This document shows positions 37,065 to 46,410 of a stretch of DNA of 64,000 bases, in pieces (the stretch's first letter is position 1; each line of letters starts with the position of its first letter). Source of the stretch: an uncultured Methylomirabilota bacterium (GTDB lineage: Bacteria > Methylomirabilota > Methylomirabilia > Methylomirabilales > 2-02-FULL-66-22); contig OY970067.1 in the NCBI GenBank assembly GCA_963705305.1, positions 3,424,001 to 3,488,000 of the forward strand, in the 5' to 3' direction. The notes below the pieces were generated by a model, which was given only the letters and a program-made list of their open reading frames with translations, made no database searches and was not told where the DNA came from. Made by a program: the position numbers and the translations under genes.

Positions 37065-38287
37065 GTGGCTAGCAGGCTGCTGAAAAAGGCCCATCTGCAG
37101 CGTTGGCGTGCTCCCGCGACGCTGCGGCGTACCCGTCAGTACGCCTCGCGTCTCGGATCGCGCGCCGCCTTGCCGTTCGACGGGCTCACGGTCCCGAGCG
37201 AAGTCGAGGGACATCTGGACCTTTTTGAGCAGCCTGGACAAAGGCGAATTCTTCAGCGTCTTGCTATGCGCCGGCGGAGCGAGGGGGGAGGGCTCGGGTG
37301 GTGGGCCGTCGTGTCGCTGGGCCTCCACGGCGCCCTTCTGACCGGCGTTCTCTCGCTGACTGCTCCGGCGCCCATCACCCACCCGGCGAGCCTGCGGGTG
37401 CGTCTGCTGCAAGAGGCGCCCGAGCCCCCGAGGCTGGCGCCTGCCCCAAAGGCCGCCGTGCCCGCGCCCCTGCCGCCTGTGGCCGGGAAGCCGGTCCTGC
37501 GGAGAGCGCCGGTGCCCGGCCCGACCAGGGCATCGGCAGCGGCCCGCCCGCCGGTTCTGGCTGCTCCACCGAACGACCCGCCCGAGGCGCCCCGGCCGGA
37601 GACCGCTGCATCGTCCAACCAGGGGGAGATGCCGGGCAGTGCGCCGGGGCCGCCGGCTCAAAAACACCTCGTGGGTGCCGAGGCATCGCCCGCGCGGGGG
37701 AGCCCGGGACGCGGGGCGGGCGGTCGCGTTGAATCGCCAGGGGGATCCGGGGAGCCCGCCGCCGGACCCGTCCCGCCCGAGGTGCCTTTGCCGGCTCGCG
37801 CGGAGATCGGTGCGTCAATCGTTCGCCTCGTCCCGCCGGGTAGCGGCGGGATGGGCGGGGTCGGATTCGGGGCGGCCGGCCACGGATCAGGGGACGGCGG
37901 CAGGGGTGGAATGGCCGGGGCGCTCGCGGCGGCGGGTCCCGGAGGCCGGGGGACCGGAAGCGGCGCCGGCGGTCTGCTGGCGTCCGGCGGCGGGGGGGAG
38001 GGCCAGGCGGCGGGGCCAGCCTGTCCGATCTCCTCCGCACGATCCGCCGCCGGATCGAGCAGGCCAAGAGTTACCCACAGGGTGCCCGCGAGCGGGGATT
38101 GGAGGGGACGACGGAGCTGCGCTTCCGCATCGCCCCGGACGGCCGCGTGGCGGCCGTGGAGATCGTGCGCTCTTCCGGCTCGCCGCTCCTGGACGAGACC
38201 GCCAAAGCCACCATCCTGCGGGCGGCTCCCTTCCCCGTGGTGGCGGGCTGGATCCGCATCCCGCTGGCCTTCCGTCTCACGGAATAA
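37065..38287 (+). CDS. tonB: Energy transducer TonB; in-frame MITE at the 5' end and a frameshift probably at the G7 run 37992-37998
   Basis: TM with SLGLH, Pro/Gly-rich linker, TonB_C in the -1 frame (IEQAKSYPQGARERGLEG...RSSGSPLLDE); alternative start ATG 37266. Confidence 0.8.
37073..37263 (+). mobile_element. MITE family A copy 2
   Basis: Same ends as copy 1; flanked by CTAG (37069) and CTAT (37264). Confidence 0.85.
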
Positions 38288-38490
38288 CCGCCCCCTCTCT
38301 GAGGAGACGCGCTTACGCAAGGTGACTCTTGCTTGACCGCTCGCCCCATCTTCGCCGCCGCTCCCAGCCACCTCCATATACCGTTTTCGTATCTCGGTGG
38401 TGATCCCCGCTCGCGCCGGACCGGTCGGCGTATGCCGCGGTCGCGGTCGGAAATGGGGCGATGGGAACCCGGGATGGGCCGGGAAAGCGC

Positions 38491-38526
38491 TTGTTCTGCC
38501 CCGGAAGCTTCCCTATAATTGGGAAG
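38491..38526 (+). promoter_or_regulatory. Sigma70 promoter with the -10 box inside a palindrome
   Basis: TTGTTC-N17-TATAAT; CTTCCC-TATAATT-GGGAAG dyad at 38508-38526. Confidence 0.6.
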
Positions 38527-38575
38527 ATTTGTCGCTCGTTCGGGCGGCCGCTCTTGCTCTTGAGGCTGTTTGACG

Positions 38576-39636
38576 ATGACCCAATCGACGTTCGGAAAAA
38601 CGTTCCTCATTTCACTGGTGCTGCACGCCGGCCTCCTGGGGGCCGTGTTGTGGCTGGCCTCGCGGGCCCCGGTTCTCCCCCAGGCACCCCTCCGCATCCG
38701 AATCATCGAGCCACCGCCGGTCGCCCCGGGGCAGGAGACGCGAGGCGCTCCGGCGGAGAAGCCCGCCCCGCTCGAGATCCCGGGGAAGGGGACCCAGGCC
38801 GGCCGGCAGCCGCTCCCGACAGAGCGGGTGGCGCCGCCGCGGCGCGCGGCACGGGTTCCGGAGGTCCAGGGGTCCCGCCAAGCCAAGCCGAGCCCGATCG
38901 AGGGGCCGGGGAAAAACGCGGGCGCCCCCAAAGGCTCCGTTCCCGCCGAGGTGATGCGGCCGGCGACTCCTCCGTCGGCGGGCCAGCCCGTTCCGTCCCA
39001 GCAGTTGGCGATGCGCTCGACGGCCCCCCCGGCCGCTCCGGCAGCGCCGAAGGTCACGGCGCCGGCTCCGCCGCCGCTCACGGCTCCCCCCCGGACCGGC
39101 CGCGGGAGACGCCGCAGGCGCCGACATCGACAACCCCGCCCGATCAGAGCGGTCTCCGGCTGGGAGGGCCCACGGCAACCCGGGTCCAGCCGTCGCCGGC
39201 TCCGGCATCGCCCCCGGGCGCGGCCGGCAGGCGGCCCTCGCTCCGCGAGCAAATCGACCAGCTCGGCTCGGGGCTCACGGCGGACGCAGGCGGCCCGGCC
39301 AAGCAGACCATGGACCTGGACAGCCGGGATCCGCTGTATGTCTCCTATCTGGCCCAGGTAAAGCGACGCATCGAGCGGGTCTGGACCTACCCCCCGGAGG
39401 CCCAGGCCGAGGGGATCGGGGGCGAGCTGTTCCTGACCTTCACGCTGAACAAATCCGGCACGCTGACCAACGTGCGGCTGCTGCAGAGCTCCGGTTTTCC
39501 CATCCTGGACGAGGAGGCGATCCAGGCCATCAAGGAGGCTGCTCCCTACGATCCGTTCCCCCCCCAGCTGGGGGGCGAGCCGTGGAATATCCGCGCCTCG
39601 TTCAGTTACTTTCCGTATTATCGCTACCGTAGGTAA
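38576..39636 (+). CDS. Second TonB-family protein; frameshift probably at the C7 run 39086-39092
   Basis: TM with SLVLH, Pro-rich linker; TonB_C in the -1 frame (YLAQVKRRIERVWTYP...QSSGFPILDEEA...AAPYDPFP). Confidence 0.82.
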
Positions 39637-42086
39637 TGACGCCACCCGTGGACATCCCCCTGGCGGCACGCCTTGATTTCCTGGCCTCGGCCCTCTGGCG
39701 GCGGATCGCGGGGCGTCCGCCCTCGAGACGCCCGGCAGGCGGCCGGCTGCAGCTCGCGGGCTTGGACGGTGAGGTGTGGATCTGCCGGGATGCCGCCGGC
39801 TCGGCCGAGATCTACGCCGACACGCTGCGGGACCTCGGACGGGGGCTCGGTGTGGCCATGGCCCAGGACCGCCTGGGACAGATGGAGATGCTTCGCCGCC
39901 TGGCGGGGGGGCGTTTGGCCGAGCTCTTGGGAGATCGGCCGATCGCCCGCTCCCGCCCGAACTTCCCCGGGCCCACGCTTCTGGCGGTGGATCGGCTGTA
40001 TCGCAGCCTCCGCATGTACCCCGTGGGGCAGCAGGAGGTCGACCGGCTCTCGCCCGACGCGGCAGATCTCCTGGCCGGCTTCAGCCAGGGGGTCACCGCC
40101 TGGGCGACCGAGTGCCCGCCCGCACACCTTCCACCCGAATGCCTTCTCACCGGGACACGCCCCGCGCCCTGGATGCCCGCCGACTCGCTGGCCGTGGGAC
40201 GCCTCATCGGGTGGATGCTGGGACTCGCCTTCCTGGCCAAGCCCGTCCTCAGCCTCCTGGCGGCCGATCCTGTGCTGCGCCCCATGCTGCCGCCGGATCA
40301 GGCCAATGCAACCTGCATCGCGGCAGATGGGCCGCCGGCGGAGGCCGCCTGCCTCGACCTGCTGGCACGGCAGGCGCTTGGCCTCGCGGGACCGGGGGCG
40401 GGGAGCAACAGCTGGGCGCTGGCCGGCCGGCGAACGGCCTCCGGCCTCCCCCTGCTGTGCAACGATCCACACCTGGTCTTCGGCCTGCCTCCCCTCTGGT
40501 ACCCGGTGGCCTTGCACGGTCCCGAGCACGAGGTGATCGGCGCCACCATCGCCGGATTACCGGCTGTCCTGATCGGGCACAATGGGAAACTGGCCTGGGG
40601 ATTGACCGCCACGATGGCGGATGACGGGGATTACTACCGGGAGACGCTGGATGGGCCGGGGGAGCGGTACCTGCGTGGATCGACCTGGCACCCTGTCGAG
40701 GTGGTGGAGGAGCGCTTCCGCGTCCGCGGGTCGCAGGACTCGATTCGGGAGCGCGTGCCGTACGTTCGCCATGAGGGAGTCCTGTGCCCGCTGGTCCCGG
40801 CCGCCGCCAGCCGCTCGCCGATTTCCTTCCGCTGGGTCGGGCTGGAGCCGTGGCGCGGACTGGACGCCCTCATCGGGATGAACCGGGCCCGCAGCCTGGA
40901 GGAGTTCGAGGGGGCTGTGGCCGAGTTTGCACTCCCGGCCCAGAACGTGGTGGTGGCGGATCGCCGGGGGAACATCGCCTACTTTTGCGCCGGGAGGTTT
41001 CCGCGGCGGCCCGGGCTGGCCGGCTGGCCGACGATCCTGGACGGGGCCCTGCCGCAGCACGCCTGGGGAGGCTATCTGTCCTGGTCGGAACATCCCAAGA
41101 GCGTCAATCCGCCGGCCGGCTACCTGGTGACGGCCAACAACCGGCCCGCGACTAGCCTTCCGCCGACGATCGCGGCCGGGTTCTGGGAGCCCCCCTATCG
41201 CGCCACCCGCATCGCGTCGCTCCTCACCCGGTGCGTCGACGCCCGCGTGGAGGATATGGCCCGCATCCAGGAAGACGTGGTGTCGCTCCAGGCGGCCGGC
41301 ATCCTGGAGGGCGTTCTCCGACCGGTGGCGGACGCCCTTCGGGATCCACGCAGCCGGCAGGCGGCCTCCGCGCTGCTCGCCTGGGATTGCCGGCTGGGAG
41401 AGGAGAGCGCGCCGGCCGCGTTGTACGGGTTGTTCTATCAGGCGCTCCTCCAGCGGTGCATGCGCCCGCCGCTGGAGGCGCGGGCCCCGGGTCTGTTTTC
41501 GCAGTATCTCTCCATCCTCCACCTGGCTGTTCCCGCCGTCGATACGCTCCTGCTCACGGGCGCGAGCCCGCGCGATCCTGCGGGGCACGCGGCGACCGTC
41601 GAGGACTGCCTCCTGACGGCCTGGGAGCAGGCCCACGACCGGATGGGATCGGAGCCGGAACGTTGGCGGTGGGGGGCGCTGCACACCCTGACCCTCTCCC
41701 ATGGGTTCGGGCGGACGGGGCACCGGATCCTGCGCGGACTCGCCTGGCTGCTCCGGCTCAATCGGGGCCCGTACCCTCGACCGGGAGACGGGATGACCGT
41801 CAACCTGGGAGCCTTTGCCCTGACCGAGCCGTTCGACGTCCAGGTCGGCCCGGCCTACCGGCAGCTCGTGGACCTCGGGACGCCCGAGGCGTCCCGCTGG
41901 ATCATCGCCGGCGGGGTGTCGGGCGATCCGCGTTCGATGCACTATGCGGATCAGATCGAGACCTGGCGGCGGGGCGCCACCCGCCCGATGCGCCTCCGGC
42001 CGCGCGCCGAGGCCGCCGGGGACGTGTTCCTGCGACTGGTCCCGGCCGGCCGGGGCGATTGCGTCCCGCCAGCTTGCGTGTTATAA
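39636..42086 (+). CDS. Penicillin acylase family (Ntn hydrolase, peptidase S45)
   Basis: AQDRL.QME, GSNSWA nucleophile, LLCNDPHL, QNVVVAD..GNI, TANNR, HYADQ. Confidence 0.93.
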   Translation: MTPPVDIPLAARLDFLASALWRRIAGRPPSRRPAGGRLQLAGLDGEVWICRDAAGSAEIYADTLRDLGRGLGVAMAQDRLGQMEMLRRLAGGRLAELLGDRPIARSRPNFPGPTLLAVDRLYRSLRMYPVGQQEVDRLSPDAADLLAGFSQGVTAWATECPPAHLPPECLLTGTRPAPWMPADSLAVGRLIGWMLGLAFLAKPVLSLLAADPVLRPMLPPDQANATCIAADGPPAEAACLDLLARQALGLAGPGAGSNSWALAGRRTASGLPLLCNDPHLVFGLPPLWYPVALHGPEHEVIGATIAGLPAVLIGHNGKLAWGLTATMADDGDYYRETLDGPGERYLRGSTWHPVEVVEERFRVRGSQDSIRERVPYVRHEGVLCPLVPAAASRSPISFRWVGLEPWRGLDALIGMNRARSLEEFEGAVAEFALPAQNVVVADRRGNIAYFCAGRFPRRPGLAGWPTILDGALPQHAWGGYLSWSEHPKSVNPPAGYLVTANNRPATSLPPTIAAGFWEPPYRATRIASLLTRCVDARVEDMARIQEDVVSLQAAGILEGVLRPVADALRDPRSRQAASALLAWDCRLGEESAPAALYGLFYQALLQRCMRPPLEARAPGLFSQYLSILHLAVPAVDTLLLTGASPRDPAGHAATVEDCLLTAWEQAHDRMGSEPERWRWGALHTLTLSHGFGRTGHRILRGLAWLLRLNRGPYPRPGDGMTVNLGAFALTEPFDVQVGPAYRQLVDLGTPEASRWIIAGGVSGDPRSMHYADQIETWRRGATRPMRLRPRAEAAGDVFLRLVPAGRGDCVPPACVL

Positions 42087-42124
42087 CCGGATCAGCTGGC
42101 TTCGAGCGCACCGGGGAGCCGCTG

Positions 42125-43249
42125 ATGTCAGACCGGACCATGCACACAGAGCTGGGACCATACCTCCTCTCCCACGAACTGGAGGGACTGTTCGCCGTGG
42201 ACGAATGGCAGCTCACGGACGGCACGGTCCGCTTCCGGGGGCGCCTCCTGGTCGAGTCCGATCGGGCCATGACGGCCCTCACGGCCCGGGTCGAGCCATA
42301 CGGCTACGTCCCCATGCTGCGGAGCGCGCAGGAGATCGTCTTGGTTCGACTGCCGGCGGTCCGCCGTGCGCAGGCGCGGGCCGGCTGGCGGGGCTGGCCG
42401 CTCAATCTGGCCCTCTTCCTGGCGACCGTCGCCACCACCGTCCTGGTCGGCACCGGCGTGGACATCACGACTCCCTTCTTCAGCGGGATTTCGGCTTGGC
42501 TGGCCTTCCTGTGGACGCCGGAGAATCTCCTGCGGGGCGTGTCGTACTCGGCGGCCCTGCTCTTCGTCCTGGGCCTGCATGAGCTGGGGCACTACCTCAC
42601 GGCGCGGCGCTACGGAGTGCAGGTCAGCCTTCCCTACTTCATCCCGCTCCCCCTGTGGCCGATCGGCACCATGGGGGCCGTCATCCGCATGCGGTCCGTC
42701 ATTCCCAACCGCAAGGTGCTGTTCGACGTCGGCATCGCGGGACCGCTCCTGGGCCTGATCGTGGCCGTGCCGGTGCTCGTCGTGGGCCTGATCCTTTCCC
42801 CGGTGAAGCCCCTGGCGGGGGCGGGGCTGCAGGAGGGGAATTCCCTGGCCTATCTCCTGCTCAAGTGGATCATCAAGGGGCCGATCCCCTCCGGGTACGA
42901 TGTCATGCTGCACCCCGTGGCGCTGGCCGGCTGGCTGGGGCTCTTCGTCACGGCCCTGAACCTCATGCCGCTGTCCCAGCTGGACGGCGGCCATATCGTG
43001 TACGCCCTCTTGGGGCGGAGGTACCGGAAGGCCATCTGGGTCTTCGTGGGGGCCCTGGTCCTGCTGTATGTGATCTCGCAGTGGCCGGGCTGGCTGGTGT
43101 GGGTGGCCCTGGCGGTGGCCCTGGGCCTCCGTCATCCGCCCCCGCTGGACGACGTGACCCCGCTGGACGGGCGCCGGCGGGTCCTGGCCTTCGTGGCGCT
43201 GGCTCTGCTGATCCTCCTGCTGCCGCCGCTCCCACTCTATGAATACTGA
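42125..43249 (+). CDS. Site-2 protease (M50 family)
   Basis: HELGH, PYFIP, GTMGAVI, AGPLLG, LNLMP..QLDGGH. Confidence 0.93.
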   Translation: MSDRTMHTELGPYLLSHELEGLFAVDEWQLTDGTVRFRGRLLVESDRAMTALTARVEPYGYVPMLRSAQEIVLVRLPAVRRAQARAGWRGWPLNLALFLATVATTVLVGTGVDITTPFFSGISAWLAFLWTPENLLRGVSYSAALLFVLGLHELGHYLTARRYGVQVSLPYFIPLPLWPIGTMGAVIRMRSVIPNRKVLFDVGIAGPLLGLIVAVPVLVVGLILSPVKPLAGAGLQEGNSLAYLLLKWIIKGPIPSGYDVMLHPVALAGWLGLFVTALNLMPLSQLDGGHIVYALLGRRYRKAIWVFVGALVLLYVISQWPGWLVWVALAVALGLRHPPPLDDVTPLDGRRRVLAFVALALLILLLPPLPLYEY

Positions 43250-44330
43250 GATGGGACCCCCCGGGAGCTCGCCGCCGCTCCTCCCCGGAAAGCCGCCGCT
43301 GGAGCTCTTGGACCGGCTCTTTCGCGCATACGAGATCCGCGACCCCCGCGTGGTCATGGGCCCGAGCGTCGGAGAGGATGCCGCGGTCCTGGATCTGGGG
43401 GATCGCTACCTCGTTGCCAAGGTCGACCCGATCACCTTCGTGACGGAGGAGATCGGCTGGTACGCGGTTCACGTCAACGCCAACGATCTGGCCGTGCGGG
43501 GCGCGCTCCCGTGCTGGTTCCTCATGACGCTGCTCCTGCCGGAGCGGGGGACCACGGAGGGGCTGCTGGCGTCCATCCTCGCCCAGGTGCAGGACGCCTG
43601 CCGGACCGTCGGGGCGGTGCTGGTGGGCGGCCACACGGAAGTCTCCCGCGGCCTGGATCGGCCGATCCTGGCCGGCACCATGCTGGGGGAGGTGGACAAG
43701 GACCGCTTGGTGACCACGGGCGGTGCCCGGCCCGGGGACGCGCTGCTCCTGTCTAAGGGTATCGCTGTGGAGGGCGCCTCGATCCTGGCACGCGAATGCG
43801 ACGCCCTTCTGGCGTCCCGCGGCCTGCAGGCCAGTGTCCGGGAGCAGGCCCGGGCCCTGCTCCACCAACCGGGGATCTCGGTGTTGCCGGAGGCCCGGCT
43901 GGCCCTCCGCGCGGCTCGGGTGCGCGCCATGCATGATCCCACGGAGGGCGGGCTCGCCACCGGCCTGCTGGAGCTGGCCGTGGCCGCCGGGGTGGGGATT
44001 CGGGTCGAGCGGGAGGCCGTCCCGGTCCTGCCGGAATGCGACGCGATCTGCCGCGTGCTGGGCCTGGACCCGCTGGGAGTGATCGCGTCCGGGGCCCTGC
44101 TGCTCGCCTGTCCTCCCGAGGCGTCGGACCGGGTACTGGCCGCCTGGAAGGAAGGCGGGATCGCCGGAGCCGTGATCGGTCGAGTCACGTCCGCCGAGGA
44201 CGGGTGTGTGCTCGTGTGCGGGAGAGAGACCCTTCCGCTGCCCCGGTTTGCCCGGGACGAGATCGTGCGCTTTTTCGATCAGACGCCGCCGCCGGCCGGC
44301 GGCTACGGGTTCCGGGGATCGCAGCCGTGA
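43239..44330 (+). CDS. AIR synthase-related protein (HypE/PurM-like fold)
   Basis: GEDAAV, DPIT, NANDLA, GGHTEV, MHDPTEGG. Confidence 0.88.
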   Translation: MNTEMGPPGSSPPLLPGKPPLELLDRLFRAYEIRDPRVVMGPSVGEDAAVLDLGDRYLVAKVDPITFVTEEIGWYAVHVNANDLAVRGALPCWFLMTLLLPERGTTEGLLASILAQVQDACRTVGAVLVGGHTEVSRGLDRPILAGTMLGEVDKDRLVTTGGARPGDALLLSKGIAVEGASILARECDALLASRGLQASVREQARALLHQPGISVLPEARLALRAARVRAMHDPTEGGLATGLLELAVAAGVGIRVEREAVPVLPECDAICRVLGLDPLGVIASGALLLACPPEASDRVLAAWKEGGIAGAVIGRVTSAEDGCVLVCGRETLPLPRFARDEIVRFFDQTPPPAGGYGFRGSQP

Positions 44331-44404
44331 GGGGGCGCCGCGTCTGAACCGATCCGTCTGAGGCCAAGGAGAAGCCCATGAGCCTGTCAGGTCCCGTCCC
44401 CGCC

Positions 44405-45139
44405 ATGAAAGCCCGCATCCTGATCGTGGAGGACGACCCCGTCCAGGCGGCCCTGATCGGCGAGATCTTGAGCGAGCAGGGCTACGAGGCGAACGCCAAG
44501 GAGACCTTGGCGGAGGCGCGCCAGGTCCTGGACGTGGAACTCCCGGACCTGCTCATCCTGGATCGGGTGCTTCCGGATGGGGACGGCAGCATCCTCTGCG
44601 AGGAGCTGAAGACGGATCGGATGCGGCGGGAGATGCCCGTCATCCTCCTTACCGCCCGCGATCGCGTGGAGGATCGGGTCGAGGGGCTGCTGCGGGGAGC
44701 CGACGACTACATCCTGAAGCCATTCCATCCGCAGGAGTTCCTGGCCCGGGTCTACGGAGCCCTGCGAACCCTGTCCCTTCAGCGGGAGCTCAGGCGACAG
44801 GCCGAGGAGCTGGAAGAGAAGCAAAAGGCGCTGATGATCGCCCAGAGCCGCCTCATCAAGGCGGAACGGCTGGCAGCCATCGGGGAGATCGGCTTGGCCA
44901 TCCGGCACGAGATCAACAATCCGCTCGGGACCGTCCTGGGGTTTGCCGACCTGCTGCTGGCCAAGGGGGAGGAGTTTTCGCCGGACGTCCAGAAGAAGCT
45001 GGAGGCGATCCGGCGGGCCTCGCTCAGAATCCGGGACGTGGTGAGGCGCCTGGAGGACATCCAGGAAGATCGAACCATCGAGTACATTCCCGGCATCGCC
45101 ATGACCGACCTGGGCGAAGAGAAAGCACCGCCGGGCTGA
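44405..45139 (+). CDS. Response regulator receiver fused to a HisKA dimerisation domain, no ATPase domain
   Basis: ILIVEDD, LLILD, GADDYILKPF; H-box RHEINNPL; protein ends about 75 aa later; alternative start 44378. Confidence 0.85.
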   Translation: MKARILIVEDDPVQAALIGEILSEQGYEANAKETLAEARQVLDVELPDLLILDRVLPDGDGSILCEELKTDRMRREMPVILLTARDRVEDRVEGLLRGADDYILKPFHPQEFLARVYGALRTLSLQRELRRQAEELEEKQKALMIAQSRLIKAERLAAIGEIGLAIRHEINNPLGTVLGFADLLLAKGEEFSPDVQKKLEAIRRASLRIRDVVRRLEDIQEDRTIEYIPGIAMTDLGEEKAPPG

Positions 45140-45185
45140 GGCCGATTCGGTTGTCGGACTCGCCGGCTGGCGGAGCGCGACTCAG

Positions 45186-45399
45186 GAGGCTCTGAAAGAC
45201 CTGGCTTCACTCAGGCTGCTGAAAAAGGCCCAGATGCAAGGCGCCGTCACCCATCCCTCGGGATGGGTACCCGGTGCCCATCCGCAGGATGGGTGCAGGC
45301 GCGAGACGTCCTTTGTGCGTACGGCGCAGCGCCGTGGGAGCGCGGGGGGTACCCGTCCCCAGGACGGGTCCCTGCAGGTGGGTCTTTTTCAGCAGCCTG
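45186..45399 (-). mobile_element. MITE family A copy 3
   Basis: Family A ends; TCAG duplicated at 45182 and 45400, the latter containing the hpnD stop; three ACCCRTCC-type hairpins inside. Confidence 0.82.
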
Positions 45400-46323
45400 T
45401 CAGGCGGGGAGGAGGCGGTGCCGTGCCCAGCAGCCCAGGGCCAGCCAGAGTCGATGGATGTCGGAGAGGCGGATCCGGCGCGAGAGCACCTCGGCGGGGG
45501 CGGCGGCAATCCGGTCCAGGATACGGGAGTAGATGGTCCGCATGACCTCTGCGGCTAGCATGCTGCGGCGATCCTCGACGGGCAGGGCCGCCCGGGCGGC
45601 CGCGTAGAACTGGCGGGCGCGCGCCACCTCGAATCCCATGAGGTCGAGGAATGCCGGGGTCACCCGGCCCTGAAGCAAATCCTTTTGGCCGTAGCCAAAT
45701 CGATCGAGATCCTCCTCCGGAAGGTAGATCCGGCCCCGCTCGGCGTCGCTCTTGAGATCGCGGAGAATGTTGGTGAGCTGAAAGGCCGTGCCCAGGTGCT
45801 CGGCATACGTTCGGGTCTCGGGCCGCGTGTACCCGAAGATCTCGATGCAGATGAGGCCCACGACGCCGGCGACCCGGTAGCAGTACTCCTCTAGCTCGGC
45901 AAACGTGGCGTACCGCCCCTTCACGAGGTCCATCTCCACGCCCCGCAGCAGCTCCTCAAAATAGACACGGGGGATCCCGTACGTCCGGATCACTTCAGCC
46001 AGCCGCCGGGTCACGGGATGGCTGGCCTCACCGCGGAAGCAGGCGTCCAGCTCGGCACGCCAGGCTTTCAGGCGTTCCATGGTGGCGGCGCCATCCGGGC
46101 CGTGGCCGCGCGCGTCGGGGGGGGCGGGCCGATCCATCGCATGGGGAGACGCCTGGAGCTCGTCGACCAGATCATCGGTAACACGGCAGAAGGCGTACAC
46201 CGCAACCAGCGCCTCGCGCTGCGGGCGAGGCAAGAAGAGAAAGGCGTAGGCGAAGTTCGATCGGCTGGCCTTGGTGACGGCCTGGCAGATCTTGCGAGTG
46301 GCAGACGTGCCGGAATCAGGCAT
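45400..46323 (-). CDS. hpnD: Presqualene diphosphate synthase / phytoene-squalene synthase family
   Basis: SNFAYAF, YAFCRVTDD, YCYRVAGVVG, AFQLTNILRD, RGRIYLP. Confidence 0.85.
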   Translation of the reverse strand: MPDSGTSATRKICQAVTKASRSNFAYAFLFLPRPQREALVAVYAFCRVTDDLVDELQASPHAMDRPAPPDARGHGPDGAATMERLKAWRAELDACFRGEASHPVTRRLAEVIRTYGIPRVYFEELLRGVEMDLVKGRYATFAELEEYCYRVAGVVGLICIEIFGYTRPETRTYAEHLGTAFQLTNILRDLKSDAERGRIYLPEEDLDRFGYGQKDLLQGRVTPAFLDLMGFEVARARQFYAAARAALPVEDRRSMLAAEVMRTIYSRILDRIAAAPAEVLSRRIRLSDIHRLWLALGCWARHRLLPA

Positions 46324-46410
46324 CGGGCATGCCTTCGCCTCCGGTCGGTCGGGACCCGTCCGGAGCGCCTGCGAGCGGCGGTCGCGCCGCGGCCTCCGCC
46401 GTCGAACGGA

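Noticed and set aside
43239..44330. Calling this hypE, thiL or selD
   Set aside because: The fold motifs are shared, but there is no hydrogenase, thiamine or selenium context and no diagnostic residues I can confirm
45400..46323. Complete hopanoid or carotenoid cluster
   Set aside because: Only hpnD-like and ispH are present; no hpnC, hpnE, shc or crt genes in the window
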